Of a DNA stretch of 64,000 bases, positions 63,405 to 64,000 are shown in pieces; the stretch's first letter is position 1; each line of letters starts with the position of its first letter. The notes beneath the pieces are model-generated. The model did not search any database. It was not told the DNA's origin and was given only the letters and a program-made list of their open reading frames with translations. Origin of the DNA: an uncultured Verrucomicrobiae bacterium (GTDB taxonomy: Bacteria; Verrucomicrobiota; Verrucomicrobiia; Limisphaerales; UBA8199); the NCBI GenBank assembly GCA_963809845.1, contig CAWELO010000003.1, positions 68,709-132,708 on the forward strand, given 5' to 3'. A program made the position numbers and the translations under genes.

Positions 63405-64000
63405 CTAAACCTCCCGGATCAGCCGGGTACCCAGGTTGAGGAGCCGCCCGACGTCCGCGTCGGATTTGGCTTCCGCGTAGATGCGGAGGATCGGTTCGGT
63501 GCCGGAGCCACGCAGCATCAACCACGAGGTGTCCTGGGCGATGTACTTCACGCCGTCGTACGATTTGATTTCGGCCAGGGGCGAGCGCACGAGTTTGGCC
63601 GGGGGGTGCTTTTGGAGGAACTCCATCAAGGCCGGTCGCTTTTCGAGAGGGAAATGGGTGTCGATGCGGCCATACCGATGGGGGCCGAATTCTTTTTCCA
63701 GCCGGGAGATCAGTTTTGTAACCGGCACGCGCTCGGTCGCGAGCATCTCGAGCAGCAGCAGTCCGGCGGCGATGCCGTCGCGCTCGGGAATATGGCCCGC
63801 AAAGCCAATCCCGCCGCTTTCTTCGGCGCCCAGCAGCACGCCGCCCTTGATCATCTCCGCCGCGATGTATTTGAAACCAACGCCGGTCTCGGTCAGTTCG
63901 AGACCGTAGGCGGACGCCATTTTATCGACCATCGAGGTCGTGGTGAGAGCTTTGACGACCCGTCCCTGGCCGCGGCGATGGATGACGAAGTGGCGCAGCA
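63405..64000 (-). CDS. phosphomannomutase/phosphoglucomutase family protein, C-terminal part (5' end off-window)
   Basis: GAEESGGIGFAGHIPERDG and MLRGSGTEPILRIYAEA are alpha-D-phosphohexomutase domain III/IV motifs. The frame stays open upstream of the listed Met to the window edge. Confidence 0.85.
   Translation of the reverse strand, partial: LRHFVIHRRGQGRVVKALTTTSMVDKMASAYGLELTETGVGFKYIAAEMIKGGVLLGAEESGGIGFAGHIPERDGIAAGLLLLEMLATERVPVTKLISRLEKEFGPHRYGRIDTHFPLEKRPALMEFLQKHPPAKLVRSPLAEIKSYDGVKYIAQDTSWLMLRGSGTEPILRIYAEAKSDADVGRLLNLGTRLIREV

Overview
64-kb high-GC bacterial chromosomal window. The gene content points to the PVC superphylum, most likely Verrucomicrobiota: a [10 protein letters not shown] prepilin-type paralog, a PSCyt1/DUF1549/DUF1553 + DUF1501 pair, NWPxFRGP PQQ-like propellers and a Tat-exported TIM-barrel isomerase. 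This rests on motif recognition only; no search was run. I support about 46 protein-coding genes (five need frameshifts to read through), one tRNA-Thr(CGU) and several dispersed or tandem intergenic repeat families. I found no rRNA, CRISPR, transposase or integrase. Layout: (1) 1-8.2 kb: pseudopilin, NasS-like binding protein, HcnABC/opine-oxidase-type three-subunit flavoenzyme plus O-methyltransferase, HtrA. (2) 8.4-13.5 kb: DUF5107/TPR protein plus sugar MFS porter. (3) 13.7-26.4 kb, the most interesting block: a PQQ-like propeller and a divergent B12-radical SAM gene, then a tightly packed seven-gene operon. The operon encodes a Tat/Cys4 mini-protein, a Tat NHL propeller, a Tat poly-ferredoxin, a NapH-like CX3CP membrane ferredoxin, a membrane-anchored PQQ-like propeller, a NuoE-NuoF fusion and a 2Fe-2S/GltD-like flavoprotein. 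It looks like an undescribed redox system linking NAD(P)H to the periplasm. (4) 26.5-28.3 kb: orphan DUF1778 antitoxin with a decayed toxin, and a sigma-54 activator. (5) 28.6-49.5 kb: an esterase and a visibly lower-GC Wzx/Wzy polysaccharide locus with six class I methyltransferases, interrupted by tRNA-Thr and ending in a nucleotide-sugar dehydrogenase. (6) 50-64 kb: housekeeping and hypothetical genes (FabI, cardiolipin synthase, RecN, PMM/PGM), including a secreted protein whose Tyr/Gly/Arg-rich tail lies in a start-less frame invisible to the ORF track. Many long ORFs in the track are antisense shadows of real genes.
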